In this document: piece after piece, positions 13,101 to 25,104 of the stretch | Layout: each line of letters begins with the position of its first letter | How positions within the stretch are numbered: position 1 is the first letter of the stretch | Assembly: GCF_964204645.1 (NCBI RefSeq) | Contig: NC_134031.1 | Span: forward strand, 4,588,001 to 4,652,000 | DNA: 64,000 nt | Reading direction: 5' to 3' | Source: Tubulanus polymorphus | Taxonomy: Eukaryota; Animalia; Nemertea | The notes under the pieces: model-generated | What the model saw: the letters and a program-made list of their open reading frames with translations, nothing else | The model's database searches: none | What the model was told of the DNA's origin: nothing | Translations under genes and position numbers: made by a program

Positions 13101-14405
13101 GCGGGGGACATGAAGATGTAGATGTGTGGGGGTCGAAATATAGGGAAACACGGTTGCCCGTATCTTTCGTGTCTATAGCGAATCCGATGTTGTTTTGATA
13201 AAAAAAAGTAGCGATGCACACGGATGTTGTCTTTACGCTCAAACTTGTTGATACTAAACCGACTTAATTATTAAACCATACAAAATCGCTGAAATTGATG
13301 AAATAGCGATGCAACTCACACCATTAGAATCAAAACAATAATTCAACCATCTCGATGATAATCTTATGTAATTATACGCGTCTATGAAAACGTAATACGA
13401 GTTTTTAAATTTTTCGCAAATGAAGCCTAACAAAATACCGGAGCGTTTTTCGTACGCGAGACTTCAAATCTGAATTTACATATATATATATAAAATTTTT
13501 CTGATCTTCATAACCGAATTGTGTCAATGTCGGATAATATTGTTTTAAGATAATTATGTTGATATCAAGGAAACGTATTTACGTGCATCTCGTGCTCGCT
13601 GGAATCATTCTGTTTCCCATACACAAATTTGATTTATATGAATAGAAAAAAAGTTGTATTGTTCGAAACTTTGGTCAAGGATAGATAAATAGGTTCTGCG
13701 CGTTTGTTATTCTGTGCTCAATTCTGGTGCCTTGCTGGCACCAAGCGTCAATAAGTTCTACCCGTAACAACCTATTCTATGTAGAAATATTTCTGAATCT
13801 TTACTCATTAGAAATCTAAATTTTATAAATAAGATGGTATTAAATGTAAAATCAATTAAACTGAACTTGAAAAGTGTACAGGTTATTTCATAAATGTAGA
13901 TAATATTATACTCAAGTGACATTTCGGAGAGTCACTCAGTCTGCAAACTATTACTCAACTACTAATCGTATCCACTAATTAACCCGTTAGTAGAGCACTA
14001 ATTATCTTTTAATTCATAATTTCGCTGATTTATTCAGCACCTAGTTCTGCCTAGGTTAATGTGTTCTACGGTAAAATTCAATTTCGAATAATTCAAGGAA
14101 AATCTTCTTGTTTTTATAAGGTTGACTATTTGGTATATCAACCCTTCTAAACGTTACTCGCTAATAAGAAAATATTCGAATTTAACTATGAAATGAGAAA
14201 TGAGAAACTATTGATTATTAATTTGGAAGAGATCAATGAGTAAGTTGCTAGCATTCAGAAGATTATTTGAAGAAAAGTTTAAAGAAGTTTATCTATATCG
14301 ATTATCGAATCATACTTACAGCCATCTGACCCCTTCCGTTATATGTGTCCGCTCGACGAGTAAAGTTACAAAAAATACTGAACATATAAACTGCATTGGT
14401 GGCAT
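3335..14405 (-). CDS. Wnt4: Wnt4 (356 aa); join(14320-14405,10162-10400,6734-7011,3335-3802)
   Basis: All introns GT-AG with consistent phases (2,1,0). Wnt4-type segments [57 protein letters not shown] and [11 protein letters not shown]; N-terminal signal peptide. A second in-frame ATG at 14396 is an alternative start. Confidence 0.95.
6734..7011 (-). CDS. Wnt4: Wnt4 coding exon 3
   Basis: ctcgcag|(G)TREAAFVH...NNEAGRR|gtatgt. Confidence 0.95.
10032..10115. repeat. (TA)n microsatellite
   Basis: Direct reading. Confidence 0.95.
10162..10400 (-). CDS. Wnt4: Wnt4 coding exon 2
   Basis: tttctag|ALGTQ...[15 protein letters not shown]...[14 protein letters not shown]...KA|gtaaga. Confidence 0.93.
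14320..14405 (-). CDS. Wnt4: Wnt4 coding exon 1 (signal peptide)
   Basis: [29 protein letters not shown] with a phase-2 donor gtaagt matching exon 2; ends in W-L as Wnt first exons typically do. Confidence 0.8.
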
Positions 14406-15506
14406 CGTAACTGGGTATCCTTCCGAAAATTTCTCCTTGGTTGAAATGAAAAGCTTTCGTCATCAGCTGTCGTTTTTTGATAATCCGAATGTCAACGGCA
14501 TTTCACGGGTTCTTCACGTCTGTCTGCGCCGATCTTTTCGGGTGGAACTTCTGGTTTCGATCGAGAAGAAATGATCATCCGCTCGTTTTCTTGGAATGTG
14601 TAAGAGCCGTCGTCGTCCGCGCCGACCGAGCTAGCGAAGAGTCGAGTTTCTCAAGGAAAGTACGTCCCAATGAGAAAGAGTTTGCGGAGAGAGAGAGAGT
14701 GTGTGGAGTGCTACACGCGCGCTGTCGGTGGTAAAATGAAGAACGTTCCACGACACGGCCGTACTTAAACACGCGTAGGAAGGAAGGAGGTGCCAGACCG
14801 AGATGACCGAAAATCCCCGCGGGAAACTGCTTTACAAACACGTCGATTCAATTCGAGTCCGTTGTCTCTAAATTGTTGATGACTTAATTACACACGCGTC
14901 CAATAACTAATCAAATGTATGTACACAGGATCGTAAGTCCATATGTCGAAATAAATACCTTTCATTTGAAGTTTTTCCTGCGCACTGGGAAAATTTCAAA
15001 CGCTATTGTTTTAGTGTTTTGGAAACGACTGTTGATATTTGTCGCAAACTTCGCGGCCCTTGTGATCTCAAAATCTAACAGATTTATTTCACCGTTGTGT
15101 TCATAAATAATTCATGGGAACTCGTTTATTTATGTATGCAGCCATGTAGTTGCACGACTGTGAAACCTGCTTACGCAATTTCGATGAGATCTTAGAATTA
15201 ACTAACGATTATCAATACTGATTTATTACGTTTTTTCAAAATGTTTTTGATGTATCTCGATGTAAAAAAAGATGTGCTTTTTCCTACATCGAGATAAATC
15301 CGAAACATAGAAAACGAAATAGTTTTCGTTGTTTAGGATGTATCTCGATGTAACACCCGAAACACAAAAAAACAGAATAAACCAGTGTGGCGGTTAACAT
15401 GAAAAAATTACCAAACAAGGTATACAAGTAGCTATCTTAGATTATTGTGGTAGATTTAACAGATCCGTATCAATTTGACACTACACATGTTAGAAATAGA
15501 GATTTC

Positions 15507-15743
15507 AGGACCGTGCCTAGCAATTGAATATTGAGGGGGCGGGGGAGGGGGAGAAAAAGAGATCCGCAAAAAGGGCAGATATCTACGAAAAAAGTCAAAA
15601 CCGATATAACGATTCGTTTATCACTAGAAGTGAAGGGCTCTCTGCGTTAAATTTCTATTGGATATAGCTATAATATTTACAAATAGGGCACCTTTCCAAA
15701 ATCTGTGGGCAGCTGCGCCTGACACTGCTATGTACGGTCCTGG
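15507..15743. mobile_element. Short MITE-like element with CAGG..CCTG termini
   Basis: caggaccgt ... acggtcctg inverted ends with a G-rich interior; no clear TSD. Confidence 0.4.
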
Positions 15744-16412
15744 ATCTTCAATTCACAATAATGTGTCATATATGAAAAAAGAAATTATTGAGGAAATACA
15801 GAATATACGATTTGTTGACAGTCGTTTCTTCGCTTTTGTATTTGATGCTTTTGGCAATTTTTAAACGACGCCTGCAGCATTTTAAATCTTTATAACCTTT
15901 TCTCGACGCGTCACCGCTAAATATCCAAATACAGTTTAATGATTCTATTCATCCCAGGGGCAATCGACACTTCTGTTTGTTTTGGGCGGTTTATTACCCC
16001 GGAAATCTGCGTAATTTAATCGATTTCGTTATTGCGCGTCGTTTCACTTGGCGTGAAATGGTCGTCTATCTAACACATTCAAGTGAAAAACTATACGGAC
16101 AATTTTCGACAATTTTCGACACCGATGTCTAAAAGTTCAGGTGCACTAATGATTTAATTGGGTTAATTAATCAACGAACGCCGGAGTTCTAGAGATTTGT
16201 CTGCTCAGATCAAACAAAGTGTCAACGCGGTCACGTAACGGAGACTAGAATAGCGTGGATTAATTTTTCAATTCATCCCCTGAGTGAAATAGTCTACTAC
16301 ATCCTACGCTGGCTGTTTGACACACTAATCAAATGTGTTTATTTTCTTTTTTAATTCCCGGTCCATTGCGAAGGTCGTAATTGCTAGATTGCAATGAATA
16401 TAAGTAATTGAA

Positions 16413-16516
16413 TAAGAGAAATCCCGCAATAATTCAGCGTAAGATGAACAAATTTTGAATAGAAGTGTACATCTATATACGTATTTGAGCAACGTTTCGG
16501 CTAAAGACTATAGCCA
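16413..16516 (-). mobile_element. Truncated copy of the hammerhead-bearing element at 59560-59714
   Basis: Aligns by eye to the reverse complement of 59617-59714. Keeps stem II and GAAACGTTG but lacks CTGATGA. Confidence 0.6.
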
Positions 16517-17342
16517 CGAAGTCTCTCATATATTCCATCTTTACACGGATATTGTGTATCAATTCGACTGAAAGTTTCGTTTACAACGGGCCGTTTAATT
16601 CTAACGGGCCGTTTAATTCGAGGCTGCCATTGATACACCCTACAACATTCGGTAATCCCCCAATATCGTAGAACGCTAATTTCATCCCATGATAAAGTTA
16701 ACACAAGTTTGAAAAACGCACAATCCCAGTGATGAAAATATCTATCACTGGTATAGCGATTTATTACTTGGATAGGGCTCATCTTATCGCCGCTTTGAAA
16801 AACGCAGCATTGTTTTATATGTGAATGCTTGAATAATGTCTGTCTAGCCTAATATTTCCAAAAATTCATGTTTAATTTTTCAACAAATGAAAATAAAAAC
16901 CTTGCCAAATGCTTTTGCGCATCTAAAGGCTAAAAATGATAACTTGGTATTTACATGGTATTTCATCATCTATATTGTGAATATACATTTTTAGGAATTT
17001 TTCGATTAGTTGCCTTTCGGTATGATGTAACGATGGCATCTATACATAGGCTGAAACATCATACTGTCTATTTCCTATTCTGATTTATTTTTTTATGATT
17101 TCAATTATTTTTATTTCCAATTCTTTCATTGCATTGAGTGATTTAATGGGTGATTTAAGGTTCAAGTGTTTTCAATCTAGCATAATCTCTGATTTTTTGG
17201 AATACGAAATGAAATACAACAAAAAATTAGTACTAGTCATTAAATGATATTCTCATTATTCTGGCTTTATTTGACGCGATATTTTCTACAGTGAAACGAC
17301 AGAAATCAGAAATCTGTTTATTGAAGCTATCACTAGAGTTGT

Positions 17343-17359
17343 CTACCCACTCTTCGGAC
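17343..17359 (-). CDS. VWD protein, probable last exon (CPKSG*)
   Basis: Acceptor tatttcag, phase match, TAG, then AATAAA at 17317-17322. Confidence 0.6.
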
Positions 17360-20300
17360 CTGAAATATAGAATTTATGTGGCTGAATTACGACAATATTT
17401 GGTTAAAATTCCACAGCCGCTGTTTGTTATACGTACATTGGCTAACTGGTATACACGCATGGTTATGATAAACGAATCCACTTTTGCATTCACAGCCCTG
17501 CGTATGGACCATGTCACAGTTTGCCGCGATGGCGTGCGGGTCGGCGCAAGTTGCTACGCAGCCCGATTCCTCAACCCGATACACCGAGTTCGCTGGACAC
17601 GTTTCCTCTGCAAGAAGAGAACCGCAAGAAAAATGAACGAGACAGATTTCAGTCTTTCGTGATTCGGCTTATGAAATGTAGTTAATAGGTAGCAAAAAGA
17701 TAGCTAGAACTACGAAATCGTAGGCCTGGGGCATTCAAGAAAAAAGCAAATTTTTGAATAAAAATCCAGGAATTGAAAAAAAATCAAAATTCTAAATTAA
17801 AAAATCCTGTCTTTCAATATTTTGGTCGTACGTGACACTGGTACACCGGTACACAAAATGGCAGCTTTTTTAACCGCAGAAATTAGGGTTTATGGTGAAG
17901 AGGGTTGGGCCTATAGTGGAATAAGAGTTAAGGCAAGGGTATGGTTTATGTTAAGGGCAATGAGATAGCAAGATCACGTTTAATTGAAACTGATAAAACA
18001 AACTTACTGCAAAGTTGCTGGTTACGCCAGTTCGTGGTCAGCGAAACGCCGCGACCTTCACAATCTTCAACAAACGTCTTGATAGCTTCACACGCGACCC
18101 TCATCATACTTTGCATTCCTTTTGCCTGGACCGCACAAGCATCGAAATAACAGTCCTTTTCGTAGATAGTCGCGTCCAGTTTCTTCGAACTGGCGCAGGC
18201 TGCCAGATGTCCGCGTGTATTGCTGATAATTCCACACAATGAGGAGCCTTTGATCAATTTTGCGAATCCCTTATTCTTGCATTCTGTGTTTACCTTTGTT
18301 TTAACGACGGCACAGCTGGAGAAACGAGACAAATATTTTCATAAATTTGAACTCAAAATATTAAAGAAAGAGAGAGGCAGATAGGCAAAGAGGCAGAGGG
18401 GAGAGAGGTAGATATGAAGAGAGGGAGAGAGGGAGGGAGAGAGGCAGAGGGAGAGAGAGGTAGATATGGAGAGAGGGCGGCAGTTCATATATGTAAAGGA
18501 GATTTCCATAAATAATGCCATAGATTTTGTCTCCAATATAGATGTTCAATTATATTGTCATAAATCAAATTTTCATTTCTCAGTGTTTAAAAGTCGAACA
18601 CAGCTTCAGTAAAACGAACTTGTGGGGATTTTGAGCTTTACGATATTGTTAAAACGCTTTTTAAATGATAAATCGTTATCATTGCATACTTTTGCTTAGC
18701 AGTTGCAGTGTCATCGTGCACTTTGAAACTATCTCCGACCTTAATATCCGCATCCGGTTGACCTTTGACGTTCGTGTGGAGGTCAGCCAATAACCAATCG
18801 TCGTTTTTGTTAGCGTTACAGTTGCCGCACAATCCGGACATGTGACCGCTGTAACGGCCTTTATCAACGCGTATCTTTGCCTGATGGAAATATTTCGAAA
18901 TATCAAAGTAAGCCAACGGCATCATTCATCATGGAAAATGCATTTTTAACGTAGGGAAAAGTTTACGATACACAGTTATGAGAACGTGGACATACCTGGA
19001 ACATTCCATCCCATTTCACGTACAATTTACACTTTCCCATAGCGTCAAATACTATATCGTCACCGGTAGGTTTGATCACGAAATTACCGGCTGGGTCGCT
19101 GTATGTTTTGGACACGCCGTGCGATTTGCCGTTGATTTCGAATTTTTGGTCTTGGAGGAAGCGGATTTTCTGGTTAAACATCTGAATGTCGAGCATGCGA
19201 AGGAATGACACCTCTACACCGTCTCCTACGAGATCAGGGCGATGTTCGTTTTTACCCTCGATGTTGAAAGCGCAGTGATCGTTTTTGAGCAGTGATTTGC
19301 TCAGGGTGTACTTGCAGATTCCTTGGAAGTCGATTTCAACTTCATCATACGTAATGTAATGCGGATCGCCTTCTATATCGCAGACGCAAGCTAAATGAAA
19401 TATTTTCATAAAGAAAAACATCGACGAATAAGTGGTCATACTCATGGGCACACCCCCTCTATTTTCAGAACATTTTCTTCAAATCATGGAGAAAATCTTA
19501 ACAAGTTTGCTTGCGCCCCCGTTTTTATGCCTGGCGCCCCCAAGGCGAAAGATCCTGTATCCGCCATTGATAGAGATGAACATTATTAGTGATTTGAATA
19601 GACTTTCGAACAGAATGAATTTCAAACTTACATCCCTGGTCGGAGAAAGCAACAGGAGGGAGGGCCATGGGTGTGTTGTGAGTCTGCTTGTCTCCATTAA
19701 CCACCTGTGCGGATGTTTTCGCTGGTGGGTTGTTACCAGGGTTGATGACAATCGCCAGTGAAATTCCTGAGAAAAAAAAACAACAAACAACATTGCCACA
19801 CAATGATGATGTAACGATTCTCGGATTTTGAAATTTTCAATTCATGTACGCACCAATAGCCGCGCACTCCGCTATATTGACCGTTAAATGGAAATTCGAT
19901 TCGCTACAAAATTGAACTGCATCTGCGACCTTAGAGCACGCGTCTCTCTTCATACTTTGGACTTGTGCCTCCGCCAAACAGCCGTCGAAAATACAATCTT
20001 TTTTGAAATCTTCGAGCTCGCCTTTTTTCGTTTGGTAACACTGTCCGAATTGCCTCGTTATAGCTCCGCAGATTTTATCCAAAGTTGACAGCGTCGCTTG
20101 CGATTTGCAAAACGGTTTGGCAGGTTCGGTTGGAACGGGAGCCGGGTGTCCGACTTTGCATCTGTGAAAATACGTTCAAATGATTCCAAACAGAAATATA
20201 GTCTTAGTATGCATCAAATACGATTTGATTCATCGTATTGGGTACAATACGATTTTCATAATTCTGCCCGACCCCGCTTCAGGTTGATAGCTGAGCAGTA

Positions 20301-21458
20301 CTTGGATGCCGGAGGTATGATTGTAACGCGGGTATAAGGTAGATGATTATATGATAGGGTAGTATGAGTGTCACCTTTCACATTATTGTCGATAATATTT
20401 CAGATGATCATGATCCTTCATAAAAATTATCATTATTTCCATTATCATGGTCATGATTATCATTGCTGTAACATACCCGGGATATTTCTGAAGTGCCGTA
20501 TCATCTTGTATCATGAAGTGTTGTGAAATATAGCTGCCAATGGCCGCGTCGTTAGTGTGACCTTGGAAATCGTTGCTCGGATTATTATCCATGTTACCGC
20601 ACATTCCTTCGACTTTATTCATGTAGCGGGAACACGTCATGCGTAGATCGCCTACACCATCGAAACTGGCGTCCCAGTAGTACGAGATACCACACTCGCC
20701 CCAGACCATCTGAGCGCGGCGATTACTCGAGGTAGCTGAGACCACCACACCCCCCACGTTTATCGAAGTCTGTACATGTTTTCCATTTACCTGTATGCGA
20801 AAGCCCATTTATATATTAAAACGTATTTTACTGGTTACTCGAACTGTTCGAACTGCAAGTGGCAACGAAGCAAACTGGTTCAGATTTTGGCGTAGATATA
20901 TATTTATCGTTTTATCGTTTTACCTCTACTGCACCGTTGGCCATGTAAAACCTGACCTTCAGGTTTTTCGACGGAATTTTGAAGTCGATGACTTTCGTGT
21001 AAGACACGCGCCTGTTATTGTGGGATAATCGTAGATCAACGTCGAGTCGAACCTCAGCATCGAATCGACACGCAGCGGCGACCGTCGACTTGGTTCGTAC
21101 AAGCGTGTATTTGCATAAACCCATGAAGTTGTAATGCAGTCTGTCGAATGTGTCGTAATGGGGGTCACCTGCCATGTGGCAAATACAATCCCTCATTGCA
21201 CAAAATACAGCTGAAAAGATGCATCATACAAGAAATACTTTTAAGTTCATAATTCTTGCTTTTAGATCTTTGTAATATTTCATGAACAAACTCATATCCC
21301 TGAGTCTGACTCAAACGGAAATAAATGAACATAAATCGATTAATAATTCAGATAATACCACTACCTCATATCCTAAGAGAAAGAAGTAAATATATACGTT
21401 TAAACTTACCCGGTAAGCCGAACAGTAGCAGCAGCAAACATGAAACTTTTGCCACCAT
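17343..21458 (-). CDS. Secreted VWD-domain protein (SP-VWD-C8-linker-VWD-C8-TIL; FCGBP/zonadhesin/mucin-like), about 724 aa; join(21410-21458,20924-21210,20477-20790,19854-20161,19632-19766,18996-19390,18690-18880,18008-18315,17437-17607,17343-17359)
   Basis: Ten GT-AG exons in consistent phase, 2175 nt in total. Signal peptide MVAKVSCLLLLLFGLPAVFC; two VWD starts (CHMAGDPHYDTFD, CDIEGDPHYITYD); GMCGN and GLCGN motifs; two C8 domains (DCIFDGC, DCYFDAC); TIL domain CPANSVY...GCECKSGF...C. Confidence 0.88.
17437..17607 (-). CDS. VWD protein exon 9 (TIL domain)
   Basis: TCPANSVYRVEESGCVATCADP..C..QGCECKSGFV..CIPVSQC. The exon could instead run on to a stop at 17387 if the last intron is retained. 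Confidence 0.85.
18008..18315 (-). CDS. VWD protein exon 8 (C8 domain 2)
   Basis: LCGII..HLAAC..YEKDCYFDAC..C..C..WRNQQLC. Confidence 0.9.
18366..18480. repeat. GA-rich low-complexity tract in a VWD-gene intron
   Basis: Degenerate gagagagg/gcagagg units. Confidence 0.8.
18690..18880 (-). CDS. VWD protein exon 7 (VWD2, C-terminal part)
   Basis: YSGHMSGLCGNCNANKNDD. Confidence 0.9.
18996..19390 (-). CDS. VWD protein exon 6 (VWD2, N-terminal part, GDPH)
   Basis: CVCDIEGDPHYITYDEVEIDFQGICKYTL...VKWDG. Confidence 0.92.
19632..19766 (-). CDS. VWD protein exon 5 (Pro-containing linker)
   Basis: Strong acceptor ttttctcag and donor gtaagt; 135 nt, phase 1-1, open frame. Confidence 0.75.
19854..20161 (-). 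CDS. VWD protein exon 4 (C8 domain 1)
   Basis: ICGAI..FGQC..FKKDCIFDGC..C..C. Confidence 0.85.
20477..20790 (-). CDS. VWD protein exon 3 (VWD1, C-terminal half)
   Basis: VNGK...YMNKVEGMCGNMDNNPSNDF. Confidence 0.9.
20924..21210 (-). CDS. VWD protein exon 2 (VWD1, N-terminal half, GDPH)
   Basis: CICHMAGDPHYDTFDRLHYNFMGLCKYTL. Confidence 0.9.
21410..21458 (-). CDS. VWD protein, coding exon 1 (signal peptide)
   Basis: caaaATGG...|gtaagt; MVAKVSCLLLLLFGLP. Confidence 0.8.
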
Positions 21459-21581
21459 TTTGAAACCTAGAGATGGATACTGGTTAGTGATTGATAAAGC
21501 GTTGTCGAGTTGTTCAGAGACTCAACAAACACCTGAACTTGCTCCGTTTTCGGCTTAAAAAAGTAATATTTTCACTCTTAC

Positions 21582-21640
21582 CGGTTGCTGGAGGTGTCTT
21601 GTGACATATGAAAGACTGGCCACTTTGTATTATATATACG
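21582..21640 (-). promoter_or_regulatory. TATA box and short non-coding first exon of the VWD gene
   Basis: TATATATAA at 21630-21638 (minus strand); donor gtaaga at 21581; acceptor tctctag at 21467, 8 nt before the ATG. Confidence 0.55.
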
Positions 21641-22139
21641 TGATGGCTATCAATTAGTAGGTAAATGAAAGAGGTCAACCGAGACTTGATTTCAATTACG
21701 CCGGTGAGATGCAATCGAATATTTTAAATGAGCTAATTAGAATGCACTTACGCTAACGTAAGTCTCGTTTAAATGTGACAGCGGTCAATTGTCCTAATTA
21801 TTTCATCACTTTTTAACTCTCAATAATATATCAGTTTCTTTTTCAAATTTGAGCAATTATCATTCAACTCGCTTTTGGACTGATTAATTGATAAATTGGC
21901 CTCGTTCATAAATAGATGACTGTGCCATTAAAAACGCTTTCGGCATATATTTGATAATTTGAGTTCAAGTACTGATTGATTTCTAAAATTGTTCTTGATA
22001 ATCTGCTTGAATCTAGTAGTGGGAGAGGAGTGGACTACTTCTATGTAAGTCGTTCGAAGTTCAAGAGAAACGATGTGATACGTCCGTCTTCAATTTCTTT
22101 AGGTAGAAATAGTTTAGGTACATATTGTACAGGAACGGT

Positions 22140-23310
22140 TTTCTCGGGGTGACAAAATCCGCCTGGGCGAATATTGGTTGTCGGCGCTCTTAGTCGACTT
22201 TAGTCGAACTAAGTGAAACTGAATGTCAGATGGTCGGAACTTAAGTTCGGAAACGGTCGACCATGAGATTGCGCACGGTCGCTGTAGTTCAGACCTAGTT
22301 CCAAGATTGCCGACACTGTGAAATGCGTACGACAGAACTATGGTGCATTCGATTATTAGTTCTGACCACTAGTCGAGGCTAACTACGAAAACCGAAGTTC
22401 GTCCTGGGCGCGCATCGGCTTTTCGTATAGTTAGTTGACTAGTGGTCGGAGCTAATGACCGAACGCCCCATAAGTCATTCGTAATGCATTACACCGTGTC
22501 GACCATCTTTGAACTAGACGTATCGGCCCCACTCCGCGCGGTTGCGCCACCGCGCGGGATTTACGCGAAGCAGCAAATACAAACATGGCCACTCTCTCAA
22601 TTTTCAATGATAGAAATCGTGTGTGCATTTCAATTATTTCGGCTGTTAGGGTTTTAAGGCACAATATAAGTTAATGATGTGATATGGCGATGTTAATTAA
22701 TGATAATTCCGCAGTGAAGCTAGTCACGAACGGTGCCGATTGAGTGTACAGCTGCCAAAAACACTGAAATGCGCGTAGTTGCGTAACTATTTGCAGTGAA
22801 TTGCAGACGAAACATGAAGCCTTAACGGCCGTTTTAAAAAAAATTATACCAATCGCAATTGTAAAGTAAAAATGAGATAGAACCTAAGTTAAAATTCTGG
22901 CCATTTCTAAAATGTTATTACTTATTTTTAGTCAGTGCCGAACGTTTAGTTTTCCAATAATAATGAGGGGTGGTAGGTAGTCATGTTGAAAATCTCGCGA
23001 GTCCTGGACCAAACCCCATTGAACAATGTGATCTGTGTGCTGGCCACAAATGCACACAGATCACACTACACTACCCATTACACACTCCAGTACCCACAGC
23101 TTTCATATATCCATCCAAATGTTTAGAGTGTCTTTCTTCCTGGGTCCGAACTGCAGCGACCGTGCGCAATCATACGTCGTATCGTCGACCATAACCGGAC
23201 TATATATAGTTCCTGACTGATATTCGAATCCTCTTAGTTCGCAAATAGTCGACCAATCCCGATAACAAGTTACTGCCCTAGCTCTCGATTTCGCCTTAAC
23301 CGCGAGGCAC
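22140..23310. mobile_element. Long fold-back (palindromic) non-autonomous element whose right arm is split by a ~620-bp insertion (22519-23140)
   Basis: The left arm (~22190-22400) is the reverse complement of 22413-22518 plus 23141-23260. Confidence 0.7.
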
Positions 23311-24972
23311 TAAATTACCGCCCCTACGATACCAGCCCGGATTTTTTCACCGTCGATTTTTTCAATGAGACAAAATATAAAAAGAACCACGGCTGTAATT
23401 TTTCATTATGCATTTATCTTTTATTTTCAATATCTCGATCGGATAATCTTGTCTTATAACTTCGTTTGGGTCATATACATATCACAAACAAATTTCCAGC
23501 GACCTTTCGCAGTTCCGTACACACGTATTCGATTTTTACAAAAAGAAAAATAAAATAATGGATTCGTTCTATATTGAACATTTTGCAAACGAAGGATATC
23601 GTTGTAATGCCCAACCTGAAAAAATGTAATATCATTGTACAATTCCTTCTATTTTTATCAAATATAGGATAATCTCTGCGTCTACGAGAATTCACGAGCG
23701 CAAAACTGTTTCAATTCAATCGAATACTTTATTAGTCAAAATTGGCGGTGAAAACAATCGTCCGAATCGAAAGTAATTTTCTTGTTTAAATAACCGTATT
23801 CAAATGAGCTGACGTATATTTCAAGTCAGTCGTCTGTTTTGCTTTGAAACTATATACACGGTAATAAGTAATTTAGCGCGTGTCATCTCGTTCGACCAAT
23901 AGCGCAAAATTACAATCGCCGAAGCACCGTCCAGGAATTGCAGTTTTGAACACAAAAATGGCGACGATTTCCTCGCGCACAAAAAGAAAGATTGCACTCA
24001 AGTGGCACATAAATGCAACGTGGCGTAACAACTAGAATTAAACGCATAACGACCAGAAATATACGGTCTCAACTAAAAGAGTATAAAGTGCCGATGAATA
24101 TTCTCGAACTAGAAAAACGCTCGCTGTGGTGTAAAACGCATTCTACTCTCGAGACTAGCATTCTTCTTGGTTAGAGAACATTCCTGACATATTGTGTGTA
24201 TAAAATGAAGAATTCTTGCTCGTCAATATAATGGCGGTTGAGCATTATTCTTGCCATTACGTATAGACCCTCGGCTATAGAATTGTATTCTTCCTCTATA
24301 AAAGTGTGGCCACATAGAAGTTCCAGGATAACCGTGTCTGTTCCGCGTTTAAAACAACAAGCGTCGGTTTGTATTTACATAAATTATACCGAAACATAAT
24401 AACATAATCGACCATTTCGATCGTTAACGAGCCCTAACCCATCGTAAATAACAGTATGTACATAACATCGATTTCTTTACAATTTCCTTTTGATTTGTCT
24501 TGAAGCAAAATAGCAGTTGAAATTTATAATATCACTATTGTCGTTTTTTTTTTCTGTACAAATTGAAGGATTGTTTTAATCACATTTTGTTTTGTTTTTG
24601 TATGATTGAGCAATTAATCGCTATAGGACACCGCCTGGAACCAGACATGATCGAAGGAAAAACATGTTAACGAATACATTCCGGTTGATTCAAAATACAC
24701 GTCAAGAAGTTATCCTTAACTTTCTCATCAGTGGGAACCACTTGATACTTTCGTCTTTGCCTACAAAATCCTGACGAGAAGCTGAACATTTCTCATAGAT
24801 AACTCAAATTCAACAGCATAACACTAGTTACCGAGTCATCATCATTAAAGAAAAAGTTTGGTTTATACCTGTACAGATGTATATGTGATAATGGACCAAT
24901 ATTGGCTTGGCTGTCGCATTATCGAATTAAGCCACACATTTGGAAGCTTTATATTCCGTATGTAGCAAACAA

Positions 24973-25104
24973 CAGGGGCACCTCTATCGCCAACATCTCC
25001 TAAGCTTTAACGCTAAGCCTAGTTCGTTAGCCTATACATGTAGTTAGTTTTAAAGTAATAGGACCAGCGTGTGCTGCTTAGCCTGGTCTTATAATTGGGC
25101 CCTG
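24973..25104. mobile_element. hAT-like MITE (CAGGG..CCCTG ends) in the Rap1GAP 3' region
   Basis: cagggg...gggccctg, with tagcaaaca repeated on both flanks (slightly offset on the left). Confidence 0.45.

Noticed and set aside
13315-13350. Alternative Wnt4 first exon (ATG plus gtgag donor)
   Set aside because: In-frame stops and no signal peptide; the 14320-14405 exon fits phase and sequence.
14236-14841. ORFs of 85-112 aa around the Wnt4 5' end
   Set aside because: Antisense to, or within, the Wnt4 first exon and 5' UTR; no recognisable domain.
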